Origin: Octopus bimaculoides
Taxonomy: Eukaryota
Reading direction: 5' to 3'
Length of the DNA: 64,000 bases
Assembly (NCBI RefSeq): GCF_001194135.2
Contig: NC_068981.1
Coordinates: 193,202,944-193,266,943 of the forward strand
Under the pieces are notes generated by a model that was not told the DNA's origin, did no database searches, and saw nothing but the letters and a program-made list of their open reading frames with translations. Made by a program: the position numbers and the translations under genes. This document shows positions 13,798-26,500 of the stretch, piece after piece. The stretch's first letter is position 1; each line of letters opens with the position of its first letter.

Positions 13798-14344
13798 ATA
13801 TATATATATATATATATANNNNNNNNNNNNNNNNNNNNNNNNNNNNNNNNNNNNNNNNNNNNNNNNNNNNNNNNNNNNNNNNNNNNNNNNNNNNNNNNNN
13901 NNNNNNNNNNNNNNNNNNNNNNNNNNNNNNNNNNNNNNNNNNNNNNNNNNNNNNNNNNNNNNNNNNNNNNNNNNNNNNNNNNNNNNNNNNNNNNNNNNNN
14001 NNNNNNNNNNNNNNNNNNNNNNNNNNNNNNNNNNNNNNNNNNNNNNNNNNNNNNNNNNNNNNTCTGCCAAATTTAGATTGGAGCCTGGTGTTGCCATCCG
14101 GTTTCACCAGTCCTCAGTCAAGTCGTCCAACCCATGCTAGCATGGAAAGCGGTTGTTAAACGATGATGATGATGATGATGATGATATATATATATGTATA
14201 TATATATAGGTTATGAGCGATAGTGGTGTCAATTAGACCAAGAGGTTTCAGGTAATGCTGAGTAAGTGCTATAGTTAAGCTCCAGGTTCGGTGATTATGT
14301 GAATAAGGGGTCCAACGTAGGTCATATATCAGCGTGTGAATATA

Positions 14345-14468
14345 AGGATTTACTTTTCGTAATGAGATAAAAGAACCAAGATTGTGTATAATATAGAACA
14401 TTTATAAATAGAAGGTCTATATTATACACAGCCTTGGTTTTTTTTATTTCATTACAAAAAGTAAATCC

Positions 14469-14469
<1 letters not shown>
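14345..14469. repeat. Fold-back palindrome, arms about 55 bp
   Basis: AGGATTTACTTTTCGTAATGAGATAAAAGAACCAAG...GTGTATAATATAGA pairs with TCTATATTATACAC...CTTGG...ATTTCATTACAAAAAGTAAATCCT. Confidence 0.85.
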
Positions 14470-14517
<48 letters not shown>

Positions 14518-14523
<6 letters not shown>

Positions 14524-14941
14524 ATTTTGGGATGGTCATTTTATTTATTTACTTTTTTTTTTGGCCAAGTAAACACATACATTATATATTTATTTTTTTT
14601 ACTTGTTTATTACTGTTCTTATTCATTTTATGTCCATTGTCCTGAAATCTTTTGTCACACATCTGTGACCTCTTCAGCGACACTTTTCATTTCCATGTGT
14701 GTTCTTGCTCCACTTACTCTATTCTGAAGAAGAGAATTGAGTAAGTGGAGCAAGAGCACATATGGAAATGAAAAGTGTCGCTGAAAAAGTTGTAGATGTG
14801 TGATGAAAGATTTCTGGACAATGGACATAAAATAAATGAGAACAGTAATAAACGAGTGAAGAAAAAAAAAAAATATAGTGCGTGTGTTTATTTGGTAAAA
14901 ACAAAAACATATAAATAAAATGACCATCCCGAAATACAACA
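14518..14941. repeat. Long fold-back element, arms about 205 bp, 7-nt loop (14726-14732)
   Basis: Arms align end to end, roughly 85% identical by eye. The ORF track shows near-identical peptides on opposite strands (14434-14727 + and 14719-14988 -). Confidence 0.9.
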
Positions 14942-15323
14942 CTATCTGTTTCAACACACGATTTTACATCAGGAATCTTGCAAAACAAATTGATATATAT
15001 GTAACTGTCCGAAATGGTCGTGACTTCTGGAACTTGACTGAGGAAAGAAAGCCACGAATGACCCGTCTTTTTTTGCCTGTCCTTCTAATTGTTGTTTCTC
15101 TTGTCTGCCTTTGTATCATCCATCTGTCCGAATGTTTTAATGTCCTCTATTGTATTGTTGTTCCATTTATATATATATATATATATATATGTATATTATT
15201 AAATACATATCCTAATCTATATGTTTTGTGTATTAAGTGGCTGCAATAGCATTGCAGAGTAAATAAACTCTTAGTGTCACCAGTGTTAAAACAACTTAGT
15301 CATGGACAGGTGAGATAACTAAC

Positions 15324-15760
15324 CCTCAATCCCATTTGGGAGTAATGGACATTGATATTTCGTCATTTTCATGGCTTGTCAGCATCACATGCCGACTTGG
15401 GTTGAAGGAATAAAAACAGAGTACATCTGTGTAGGTGATGCGTTAGAATTGAATATGTTCTGTGTCTGTGTACGTGTCATTCATCTGAGAAAGTAGTAGA
15501 CTATCTCATGTGTTGTCTCTTTGTCTGGAGCCTTTCAAGTTCTCTCTGCCTCTCTACATCTTGAACCTTTCTCGCATACTCTGTCTTTCTGCATCCTAGG
15601 CCTTTCTGTCTGTCCCTCTGCCGAACACAGTATTTATAATAGCCGTGGCAGCTAAAAGGACAGACATACTGCAGGAGAGATCGTGTTTAAATAGGTCAGC
15701 TCCTGTCCATTTGAACTTCACGTGACATGGCTGAGGTCGTAGGTCAAAGGGAGATGATTT
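15324..15760 (-). promoter_or_regulatory. Putative internal promoter and non-coding first exon for a minus-strand transcript
   Basis: TATAAATA on the minus strand at 15631-15638. Upstream of it: AGGTCA (15693-15698), E-box CACGTG (15719-15724) and DR1-like AGGTCG-T-AGGTCA (15734-15746). Unique, relatively CpG-rich sequence, a purine-rich leader and a candidate donor GG|GTTAGT at 15324. Confidence 0.35.
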
Positions 15761-15949
15761 ATCATTTTTTGACAGGACAAAGAAAATTCGTTTTGTGCCT
15801 GTTGATGGTGGTGGTTCAGACGAGCGAGAATCCTTAGATTCGGTTTCGAATCTAAGCTTGGAGGAAAGAAGTATTAGTTTTTACATAAATATTAATGGTT
15901 TGTAGGTATGTGGTATTTCGTTATGCAAACATATACTACAAAGTATATT

Positions 15950-17350
15950 AAATGAAAGAGAGGAGGAGAATGATTTGGAAAGGCATGAAGAATAGGAGGA
16001 GTAGTGATTTATAGCTGGTAGCTACAGGAGAAGCTAAATGACAGGTTTACTTAGCAAAGGGAGAAGCAGAAAGTAAGAGGTTTGCCAATGTGCTACTTTG
16101 TAACTATCAGAGGTATGAAATGTTCCAGATTTTAAGGTAGTGTATCAGAGAGAATAGAGATGTGGGTGAGAAGTGTGCATGGATGGATAATGGCACATTT
16201 GCACTAAGTGATGGAAAGTTATTAAATGTGGAGAATGTCTGAGAGAAAGAGGATTTTTCCAACATGAACCCAATGGAAGGATCAGCCATTCTAGTAGATG
16301 GTAGTATGTAAGATAAAACACTTAAGATATGAAAGCAGGAAGAGCTCCTGATCCATTAGAAATTATCACTGAGATGCTTAAAATATCTGGTAGAGTAGGA
16401 TTTGTCCTACTCACCCATATAATCAATGAGGTTGTTCAAAAAGGTGACAAACCTAATGCCTGGCATAGCTGCCTATAGTCAACAAGGTAAAGGAGATACC
16501 TTAGAGAGAAGTAGTTACAAGAGTATCAAATTGCAGTACCAGCTCATGAAAGTTACAGAAAAAATTATTGCTCAATTAATTAGAAAGAGGAATTGCATAG
16601 ATGAGATTCAATTTGGTTTTGTGCCAATGAAGGTGAGAGTTAGCAATGAATACTGCAATGAATTCAGCAGGCAGATAGATGTTTATCAGGTCTTGGTTCT
16701 CAGCCCTGTTCTATTCGTCATAGACCTCCAAGTCATAACTAAGGAATTAAAAACCAGCTTTCCATTAGAAATCCTATATGATGATGACCTCATTCTTATA
16801 GCTGAATCTGCTGTAGAATTAAAAAAGACATTTCTGATATAGAAGCAAAAACCAGAATGAAAGGGCCCCCAAATTTCCTTAGCAAAGACCAAAGTTTTAG
16901 TAAATAGGAAAGCAGACAGATTCTACTTTCATCAAGGAAATAGCCTTGCTTGATATGTAGAAAAGGTGTAGGTAGAAGTTCCATATGTACCCAGTGCAAA
17001 CTATAGACATATAAGAGATACAGTAGTATCATAGGAAGGTTAACAGATAAAATGGACTTTGCATGTGGAATATATGCAGAAGCAATAAACACTGAGAATG
17101 CACAGGAAACAGATTTTCTCAAATTCCCAGGAGGATCTCTAGAGGCTGGAGATAACTTTTGTTATTTAGGTGATCTAATTAGTAGTGGAGGAAGACGTTC
17201 TGAGAGTATAGTAGCCAAATCAAAGATTTCTCTCTCAGAGTAAAAAGTAGACTGTATGATACTTGCGTATGAAATGTAATGTTATCATGTTAGTGAGATG
17301 TAGGCCCTGAATACAGAAAACTTGGAAACTAAAAAGAAATGAAGCAGCAC
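15950..17350 (+). mobile_element. RTE-clade LINE remnant, RT core
   Basis: IDEIQFGFVP...QVLVLSPVLF...LEILYDDDLILIAES (degenerate QGSVLSPLLF/YADD) and DNFCYLGDLISSGG. Confidence 0.85.
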
Positions 17351-17539
17351 CAAGCCCAGTTGTGATAGGAGAAAGGTGTAGGCATAAGGGTTAGCAGTCT
17401 TGCACTATCAATTTTCGTCATTGTTACTGGAACAACACCAAGGAGAATATGAAACCTATCCTGAAAAGAGGAGGTAATCCTCATAGATGATATGAAGCAA
17501 TGTAATGAAGGCCAAAAAAAAAAATGTTATAATGTAGAA

Positions 17540-17900
17540 CATTCCTCTCTCATCGAGGACAACCAAACAGCTGGGAACATGGAATGTCACATATTCAAAA
17601 TCAGAAAGCAGCCCAGATTGTCACTCAGATGAAGCTCTACAATCTCCATATTAAGCTTTTGTGAGGCAACATGGTTGAAGTCAGGGCAGATGTTCCTGGC
17701 TACAGGGTAAACTCTGCTCCACTCAGAGCATGTAAAGGACACATCAAAGGAGACAGAAATACAGAAGGCCAAAAAGAACATGGAGAAAGTACATGGAAAT
17801 CGAAGCATTGGCTAGTGATGATATCTGGGTACAACAGCAATTTGCTAAACATTGAGACAGGCTGGGATCTCACTCATAATTATTTATCAACACAGACATG
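17540..17900 (+). mobile_element. LINE AP-endonuclease N-terminal fragment
   Basis: Reads ...ISILSFCEATWLKSG..., resembling the IDILxLSExRW..SG motif of APE-type LINEs. Confidence 0.4.
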
Positions 17901-18049
17901 ACTTAAAGATTTATATATTGCATAAAAATCTGTGTATATATTAAATATTAAATATTAATTTCAAACAAATTTATGAGACAACACTTCAAATTTGGTGAAG
18001 GAATATCCGTTATTAAATCTGCCCAAGTATTTGTCTATTATATCGACAT

Positions 18050-18890
18050 GAAGTGCAATATCTCTTGGACTCATGACCACTACATCACCCTTCAAAGGCT
18101 ATGTATTTTCAATTCAAGAACAGGAGATTTTTAAGTAATACATAATAAATAAAAGAGACAGTGAAGCCCTTGAGGGTCCAAGATGCAACTAAAAATGTAG
18201 ATTATGTCACGTTTCTGTAGAATACATCACATGATTAGCAGCTGCCCCAAAATGTTATCAAGGTACTACTTCCCTATGTGATAGATGTTGTTCCTTAAGC
18301 AATGTACAATGATGCCATTTGGGAAAAAGACACATCTGGAATAAATATAGAGAATCCACCTGTTATTGAAGAGCTACACAAACATCAACATAAGGAACAT
18401 TGGTGAAACATTCCTATCAAAACATCTCTGTCAAGTGTAAAGATAACAAGCCAGATATTGTTGTTTGGGACAGACAAGAAAAAGTATGTATCCTCATAGA
18501 GTTCAGCTGTCCTGCTGATGTGAATATCTCTTTGAAAATCAAAGAGAAAGAGAATAATTATGAACAACTGATTTAAAACCCCCAACTTTTATATTCAAAT
18601 TATAAATTTACATTTATTAATAATAATTGGTGAATCTGGTTTTAGTGACAATCTGGACAAGGGTTTTCAGAAAAACCTAGTGTTTTAGAGAAGAAATCAA
18701 CCAACTAGCTTGCTCATTACAAATACAATCTGTAAATGAAACAGTAAAAATATGCAAGACTTTTTTCTCAAGTTTAAAACGTGACATTATTTTTGCTATC
18801 TACATTCCAACAATGGAGCTTTATATTTTTGCTAGAAACAAACCCGTTCCTCTGGGAAAAAATTTAAATAATTAAAAACAGAAGAGAACG
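18050..18890 (+). mobile_element. R4-like LINE 3' remnant (zinc knuckle and PD-(D/E)xK restriction-like endonuclease)
   Basis: NKPDIVVWDRQEKVCILIEFSCPADVNISLKIKEKENNY; paralogous to 34540-35580. Confidence 0.85.
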
Positions 18891-18954
18891 AATGAATGAA
18901 TATACATTGATCGATTGATCCATCCATCCATCTGTCCATCCGTCTGTATGTATG

Positions 18955-19270
18955 TATGATAGGCTTCTTTCAGTTTCCATTTGCCAAATTCATTCACAAG
19001 GTTTTGTTCATCCCGGGCTATAATAGAAAACACTTGCCCAAAGATCCACACTATGGGACTGAACCCAGAAGCAAGTGGTTAGGAAGCAAACTTCTGAACC
19101 ACACAGCCACATGCCTGTGCCTGTTATATATATAATGTGTGTGTGTGTGTGTCTGGGAGAGAGAGAGAGAAAGAAAGAAAGAGAAACAGAGAGAGAGAGC
19201 ATGTTTGTTAGTGTTTTGACATTGCTTGACGGTTGTAAATGAATGTCACTATCATACAAGTGGGGTCCAC
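18955..19270 (-). mobile_element. tRNA-derived SINE copy
   Basis: Reverse complement of the head at 57636 (GGCTGTGTGGTTCAGAAGTTTGCTTCCTAACCAC). Confidence 0.7.
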
Positions 19271-19719
19271 CATCTGCAATCTTCTGCATAAACATATCTG
19301 GCTATGTGGAAATATTACTTGGAAACAGACAAGGGTTGGTGATAAGAAGAGCATCTAGTTTCAGAAAACCTGGTCACAGAAAACTTTAATGATACTTTTA
19401 ATCCAGTGGTAGTTAATATAAGAAGAAATAGATATATGAACTAAATTTTTCTATTCCTTAATGTCTGGAAGTCAAAATTCAAATGGTCTGTCCTTTTTCT
19501 TTTTCTAAAATATATTTTTCCAGACTACAGTATTTATATTTACATTATGTTTTGCTAGTTTTCATCTGTGATTAATATCAGGTGACATTTATTCATTCCT
19601 GAATGTGCTCATAGTCAAGATTGGATTTGGATAAAGAATAACGTTTGTTTCTCAAAGAAGGAGAGTTTCATTCTATCCACAAGCCCCGCCCCCTCCACTA
19701 TCATATTGCACTCTATTGG

Positions 19720-19995
19720 TTACGATTGTAAGGGTCCAGTTGATCTGACCAATGGAACAGCCTGCTCATGAAATTAATGTGTAAGTGGTTGAGCACTCCA
19801 CAGACACATTTACCCTTAATGTAGTTCTCAGGGAGATTCAGCATGACACAGAGTGTGACAAGGCTGGCCCCTTGAAATACAGGTACTACTCATTTCTACC
19901 AGCTGAGTAGACTGGAGTAATGTGAAATAAAGTGTCTGCTGGGAATTGAACTCACGACCTTATGGTCATGAGCCAAATACCCTAACCACTAAATC
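19720..19995 (+). mobile_element. SINE-like repeat (tRNA-like head at the right end, on the minus strand)
   Basis: Recurrent family; ends ...GGAATTGAACTCACGACC...CCTAACCACTA. Confidence 0.6.
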
Positions 19996-20001
19996 ACAAT
20001 G

Positions 20002-20032
<31 letters not shown>

Positions 20033-20329
20033 GTGCACATACACACACATACACACACATACACACACAGATCCTCCACACACACACATACACATGCACG
20101 CGTACACACTTTAAGGATGAGTTTAATAGATCAGAAAATTATAATCCTTTTAATGCCATCTCATTTCAGACAATCAGAACAATCAGAATGGACCCAATTA
20201 TATTTTAATTTTTGTAATGAAGAATTACAAAGCAGAAGGCCTAAGATTATATCTTATCTTTTAACTCAGACTAATTAATTAAATTAATTTGAATATAGTA
20301 ATTTATATGTTCTTCAATGATAGTACCAT

Positions 20330-20740
20330 GTGTATGCGAATTTTAGAATAGAATAGAAACGTTATATTCATCAACAAGCAAGATATATTCTCCATGACAA
20401 AATGCAGTGAATAACTTGTTCCCCAATTCAAATGTGCATTAAGCATATTCAGGCTGATAATAACATTGCAATTATATTCATCATCAAATGGTTGGAGGGT
20501 TTGACAAGAGTTGGCCACCAAGCTCTCCTGCCTGCTTTGGCATTGTTTCTGCAGTTGAATGCCCAGAACTTGTGAGCAATGTGTTGCTGTGGACACCAAA
20601 TTATGGTACCACAGCAGCTGGAAGACCACGGAAGACATATATATACAACAGCTTGCAGAAGATGTTGGATGCTAAGTTGAAAACCTAAAAACACTAGTGG
20701 AAGATCGGGAGGGATGAAGAAAGGTAGTCAGACTGGCTCG
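20330..20740 (+). mobile_element. RTE-like LINE C-terminal fragment
   Basis: LLWTPNYGTTAAGRPRKTYI motif (GRPRKT). Confidence 0.6.
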
Positions 20741-21195
20741 GGCAATCAGCCTAATTGGAAGATGCCTTGCTTTTAAAAAAAATGTCCTTCCTAATGCCAA
20801 CCACTTTATAGTATGGATTGGATGCATTTTATGTGCCACCTGTATTATTGAGGTCACCAAATAAACTTGCCAGGCAAGACTTTTCAACAGAGGTGGGAGT
20901 AGTTTTGAGGGAGGTAGCTTTATGCCAGTTAATGAAAGGTTAAAATGTGATAGAAAGACGGGTACAAGTATCTTGTAGAAGAGATAGAGGGTTAGCCTAG
21001 TTGGAACAGAAATAAAACGGGGATGAAGATGTGTCAGGACGTACCCTCAAGATACAGGAAGGCAAATATAGGACAAGTAGTTTGGGTGGGTAAGTAAGTT
21101 CACATGGTGTTAGAGGTGACTGAAAGGGTTGGTAACAGAAGGACCATTCAGCTTTTAAAAAATACTCATATAGAAAAGCAGACATGAAATAGTAT

Positions 21196-21207
21196 TGATG
21201 GTGGTGG

Positions 21208-21250
<43 letters not shown>

Positions 21251-21350
21251 GATGATGATGACGATGATGATGATGATGATGATGGTGACAACAAAAACAA
21301 TTACAACCATTATGATAACGACAATGACGATGATGATGATAACATAACAA
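21196..21350. repeat. (GAT)n-rich microsatellite
   Basis: Directly visible; source of the poly-His ORF 20997-21449. Confidence 0.9.
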
Positions 21351-21746
21351 CAGTAAATCCATTACATCTATAATGTTTAAATTTGTTTGAACAATTAAAC
21401 ATTTTCTAAAATACTTCTGACTAAGACAAAACTCTTTGGATATCAACATTATGAAAACTTACAAAGTCAGGATTTCTTGTTGGACATGTAGACTATTAAA
21501 CCTTGCTGTTATGAAGACCACATATAGCATAGTTGTTAGACAAGTCTGACATAAAACATGTAATGTAGTTGTGAGACAGCTCCGAAAGAGGACATGTAAT
21601 GTAGTTATGTTACAGCTTCATTATAAAAAACAAATCATAGAATCTCTCGAGACTTTAGCTTGTAAACATTGGCATTTGTCACTGTGTTCTCTATGTTTAC
21701 ATATGGACGTGTAGTGTGATTGTTGTATGTATTTGATATGTGTATG

Positions 21747-21779
<33 letters not shown>

Positions 21780-21940
21780 GTGTGTGTATTTATGTATGTT
21801 ATATGTGTTTGTGTGTATGTACATGTGTTTACTGACACAGTTAAATAGATTGTTTATTAATGAGTAATTTACATGTACGTATGTGTATGTTTTGTGCATG
21901 GGTGTATGTATGCATGTGTCTGTCATATATATATATATAA

Positions 21941-22015
<75 letters not shown>

Positions 22016-22599
22016 TACAAACACATGTGTGTATACATGCATACACATATATATATGTGTATATTTTCGCTTAGGTGCGAGCAAGCGCAATAGTAAAGTA
22101 ACACAATTGTATAAGCTGATTACTTTGCACAATCTGTTAATTAAGTTGTAATCTAAATGAACTTACATAAAAAGACTTATGCTGATGGCTTTATGTGATG
22201 CAAGAGACAAAAGAGAGGGAAAGAGGAAATGGAGAGAGAGGGGGAGAGATGGAAGAATGGGAGAGAGGAATCAGATGCTGATAATGTGTGTATCATGTCA
22301 AAGACAAAACATAATGGTGTACGTATATATGTGTATGTCCGGAGAAAAAGAGAGACAGAGAGACAGGGGTGAGGGAGAGATATGTGATACAAAAGCAGTT
22401 AAATTGAAAGAGGTGAAAAGATAGAAAAGTAAGAGAGGTAGTATTAGGTCTTGCTTTACCTTTGATTAGAGATTAGCTACAACCTGCAGTATATTTATGT
22501 CATTTGTAAAAATCAAATTATTGAGTAACCAGGATATATACATAGTATAAAGTACAGCATTCCATTCACAACCTCTTGTATAAAATCTTTCAATATACA

Positions 22600-23175
22600 T
22601 CGATGCTAGTGCTGCCTTGTCAGTGCTAGTGCCACCTTGGGGTCAATGCCAGTGGCATGTAAACAGGACCATTCAAGCGTTAGTGATGTCAGTGCCGCCT
22701 GACTGACACCTGTGCCAATGGCACGTAAAAAGCACCATTCAGTATGGTTGATGTCAGTGCCACCTGCCTGGCTCCCATGCTGGTGGCACATAAAAGGCAC
22801 CCACTACATGTGGTGGAGACTAAGCTGGTGGGAAGGAGAGAAAGAGGAAGGCAGAAAATGAAAATATTCAACTGGATGAAGAAGAGAATGAAAGTACAGA
22901 ACGAGAAAGACCTGGGTGATGTTGCAAGAGACAGAAATAAATGGAGGAGGCACAAGCCATGATTCATCATTAGCATGAATATGCCATGACACAAAAGAGG
23001 AGTACACTCTCAGAGTGGTTGGCATTAGGAAGGGCATCCAGCTGTAGAAACCTTGCCAGATCAGACTGGAGCCAGGTGCAGCCTCCTGGCTTGCCAGTTC
23101 TCTGTCAAACCATCCAACCCATGCCAGCATGGAAAGTGAACGTTAAATGACGACAATGATGATGACAATGATGAT
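22600..23175 (+). mobile_element. RTE 3' UTR and tail copies
   Basis: GGCACGTAAAAAGCACC units and AGTGGTTGGCATTAGGAAGGGCATCCAGC...(GAT)n. Confidence 0.75.
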
Positions 23176-23329
23176 ACATCATCCTTCTATGCACTGTACA
23201 CATGGAGACTGTTGTAGTGGTGATAGAATAGAGAGATTGAGGAGTGTGTGTGTGGGGGGGGGGCAACATCATCACCTCGGATGTGGGAGCAGTATTTCAT
23301 GAGAGAAAAACTAGCCATTTTTTGGTAAT

Positions 23330-23735
23330 GTTATTTGAGTAATCTTCTTAGCTTTTATCTTGCTTACTTCAGTCAGCAGACTGTGGCCATGCTGGGCCAC
23401 CACCTTGAGGAACTTTTTTGTTCAACTGAATTGACTCCAGTATTTATTTTTGTGTTAAAGCCTGGCATTTATTCAATTGGTCTCTATTGCCAAACTGATA
23501 AATCACAGGGATGTCAAATGGAGGTGGATGACAAACACTAATACACACACACACACACACACATGCACACACATACACAAACATATGCACACACATACGC
23601 ATATATGACATACTTCTTTCACTTTTCATTTACCAAATCCAGTCATAAGGCTTTGTTCAGCCAAGGTGCCATGTAGTGGGACTGAACCCAGAACCATGTG
23701 GCTGGGAAGCAAACTTCTTACGACACTGCTATGCC
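23330..23735 (-). mobile_element. tRNA-derived SINE copy
   Basis: Reverse complement of the head, (TG)n and tail of the 57636-58062 family. Confidence 0.7.
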
Positions 23736-23899
23736 TGCAATACCTTTGAGGGTTTTAATTGTATGTTGGTCAAGAATTTGTAATGTCTTTGCATGCTGGC
23801 AAAGTTTATGAAAGAGGAAGGAGAAGATTGTTCTTTGATATGAGCAGAGATTTTGTTTCATTTGTGTTAAAAGATTGTCATAACTCCATCGGAGAATGT

Positions 23900-24330
23900 A
23901 TTTGTTGTCCCTGTTCATAAAGGCAGTTTAGCCTGCTCTGAGGTGTCTTTGTTGTGGTGGAGTAAAAGGTGGTATTATCCTGGACTTCGTGAAGGCAAAG
24001 TGCCTGAGTTCTTGTCAAGTGTTGGGCCTCACGGAGGCAATGACCAGGACCTTTGGCATTATGTCGTGCTTGAGAAGACCTATCAAGCCAAGTAAAATTG
24101 TAGTCATGGCAGATACTGGTGTCATGCAAGTTGGCACCTGTGCTGGTGGCACATAAAAGTACCCACTACATTCTTAGACTGGTTGGCATTAGGAAGGGCA
24201 TTCAGCCATAGAAGACCATGCCAAATCAGACTGGAGTCTGGTGCAGCCTTCCAGTGTTCCAGCCCAGTCAAATCATCCGACCCATGCCAGCATGGACAAC
24301 AGACGTTAAATGATGATGATGATGATGATT
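23900..24330 (+). mobile_element. RTE LINE 3' end
   Basis: GTTGGGCCTCACGGAGGCAATGACC...GAGAAGACC plus the shared tail and (GAT)n. Confidence 0.7.
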
Positions 24331-24589
24331 AAAGCATATAATAGAATAACTTGTGGTCTTTGCTCTAACTCTCTAGGTACTGTGGTCAAAACCTGCCAAA
24401 GCCAGCATTTCATTTTGTCTTTTTGGGGTGAATTGATAAAATTGTTAGAGCATCAGACTGGATAACTAGTACTATCTATTCTAGCTATCTGTGTTCAAAT
24501 GGCTCTACTATCTGTGATGGTACCAGTACCAAGCTGGCCTTTTCCTTAGATGGTATTAGTTCCTGGAGTGGTAATGGTCATTGCTAGTC

Positions 24590-24880
24590 TTACACAAAAA
24601 AACTTTGTCCATGTTTGTGCCTTGTAAAAGACCTTTCCAGCTGTGGATACTCTAAGTATCTATAATAAATGTGGAAGATCATTGAAGAGAAGAGAGCAAG
24701 CAGATTGTTAATGTGCAGAGGAAAAGTGTAACCAATATTATTAAACGCTGGGGCACGCAAAGGTTTATGTAAGGAGTGGTGGGTAAGACAATTCCACAGA
24801 ATTTGTAGGGGTTCATGGCAAGGAATTAGAAGAACTGATGGTATCTCCATGTGTAAGGGAGTAGTGGTATGCACACAAGC
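24590..24880 (+). mobile_element. Degenerate RTE RT fragment
   Basis: Decayed match to ..FVDLEKAFD.. and VGVHQG; many stops. Confidence 0.45.
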
Positions 24881-25971
24881 CACCTATTTTACTCTAAAGT
24901 AAAGTAAAGTTCATCATAGTGCAATTAGTTAAAAAAAGTTAAAGTTTGTTTCAGGCGTACAGGCTCATTAGGTAGGAACTTGTCCTGTTTTGCAAGGCCT
25001 ATAAGGGACTGGGTTTACAAAACACCTTACTGAATGGTGGTGGACTGATGTTCAATCCATCACAGGATTACACCCCCACCACCACCACCATCACCTTCTT
25101 TTAATAGAGCATCAGTTTATCACTGGGTTAACCCACAGAATAGGACATCAAGCCATCACAGGCTTAACCTCATGCGATAGGACATCAATCTCACTCCAGC
25201 TGCTGTTTTTACTCTTTTATATCTGAATAAACTAAAGGAACATAAAATGAAGTGTTTTGCTCAAATATGTAATGCATAATTTTATCTGAGAACCGAAACC
25301 ACAGCCTTATTGTAAGTCCAACATACCAAACCTCTAGACCACTATATTACACTACAGTACATTTATTACATTATATTACAGTATAGTACATTACAATACT
25401 ATATATTATATTGTAACACACTACCAGAGCTGACTCTATGTGCAAGGCGAATTAGGTGATTGCTTGAAGCATGAAAATCAAGTATGCCACAAATAATTTA
25501 CACAAAATATCTTAATCCAATTAGAAACACAATAGATGAGGTCATTATTGGAACAAAGCCAAATGGATGACATGGGAAGGAGGAGGACAAGAGGATCACA
25601 TGATGTGGTGGCAGGTCACATGATTTGACTTGAAGCATTTCAAATTTTACCCAGTAACAAATTATTCAGTGATATAATAAAGCTATAACTCTTTTATGCG
25701 CATGTTGAGTATTATAATTTTCAAACTGCATTTTCCAATCAGTGTAATGATGGCGATAGCTGGAGAATGTTATCTTTTATCTTTTACTTGTTCCAGTTGT
25801 AGCAAACTCATAAGAGGCGGAGAGAGAACGTAAGTTCGTTTGCCCGAACATGAGAAATTATTGACTTCCCATTGGTTAAAAATTACTGCCCATATACGAA
25901 TTATGAACTTCGTTGAGGAAATCTTTCACGGGGTTACAGTTCTATGATTCGTGTATGAGTAGTTATACAGT

Positions 25972-26289
25972 CATTAGATTGCAGCCATGCTGGGGCACCA
26001 CTTTGAAGAATCTTTAGCTGAATGGATCGACCCCAGTACTGTTTTTTGGGGGGTTTTTTTTGCCTGGAACTTATTCTTTCAGTCTCTTTTAATGAACCAC
26101 TAAGTTATGTGGACATAAACAAACCAACACCGGTTGTCATGTGGTGGTGTTGGTGGACAAACACAGACATAAAGACACATGCAGACACACACACACACAC
26201 ACATGCTCAGCATTTGTGAAGCTGTCCAATCCATGCCAGCATGGAAAACGGATGTTAAATGATGATGATGTTGATGATGATGATGATGA

Positions 26290-26346
<57 letters not shown>

Positions 26347-26500
26347 ACAGACTTCTTTCAGTTTCCATCTACTAAATCCACTCACAAGGCCTTGGTTGAC
26401 CAAAGGCTATAGTAGAAGACACTTGCCCAAGGTCACATGCAATGGAACAGAACCTAGAACCATATGGTTGAGAAGCAAACTTCTTACTACACAACTACAC
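25972..26500 (-). mobile_element. tRNA-derived SINE with an RTE tail inserted in its internal microsatellite
   Basis: Head at 26350-26500 and tail at 25972-26200; RTE tail 26210-26290 on the plus strand. Confidence 0.7.

Noticed and set aside
13742-14140. ORFs running through N-gaps (also 28089-28322, 37236-37827, 38200-39194, 51615-51929, 57970-58388)
   Set aside because: Their length comes from N codons, microsatellites and TE fragments.
15833-15856. Perfect 10-bp stem hairpin CTTAGATTCG-GTTT-CGAATCTAAG
   Set aside because: Real but short; no family or function can be supported. Only notable for lying near the putative promoter.
21463-21545. Consensus donor GTAAGT with a short open frame (TCLTTML...QEILT)
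   Set aside because: Acceptor ambiguous and no phase-supported partner exon.
21621-22151. Many overlapping YIYI/CVCV/HTHT ORFs (similar ones throughout the window)
   Set aside because: Dinucleotide microsatellites lack stop codons; not genes.
25798-25967. About 170-bp insertion interrupting a SINE tail, CAGT on both sides
   Set aside because: Probably a small DNA element, but the TIRs are too degenerate and the TSD (CAGT or TA) is ambiguous.
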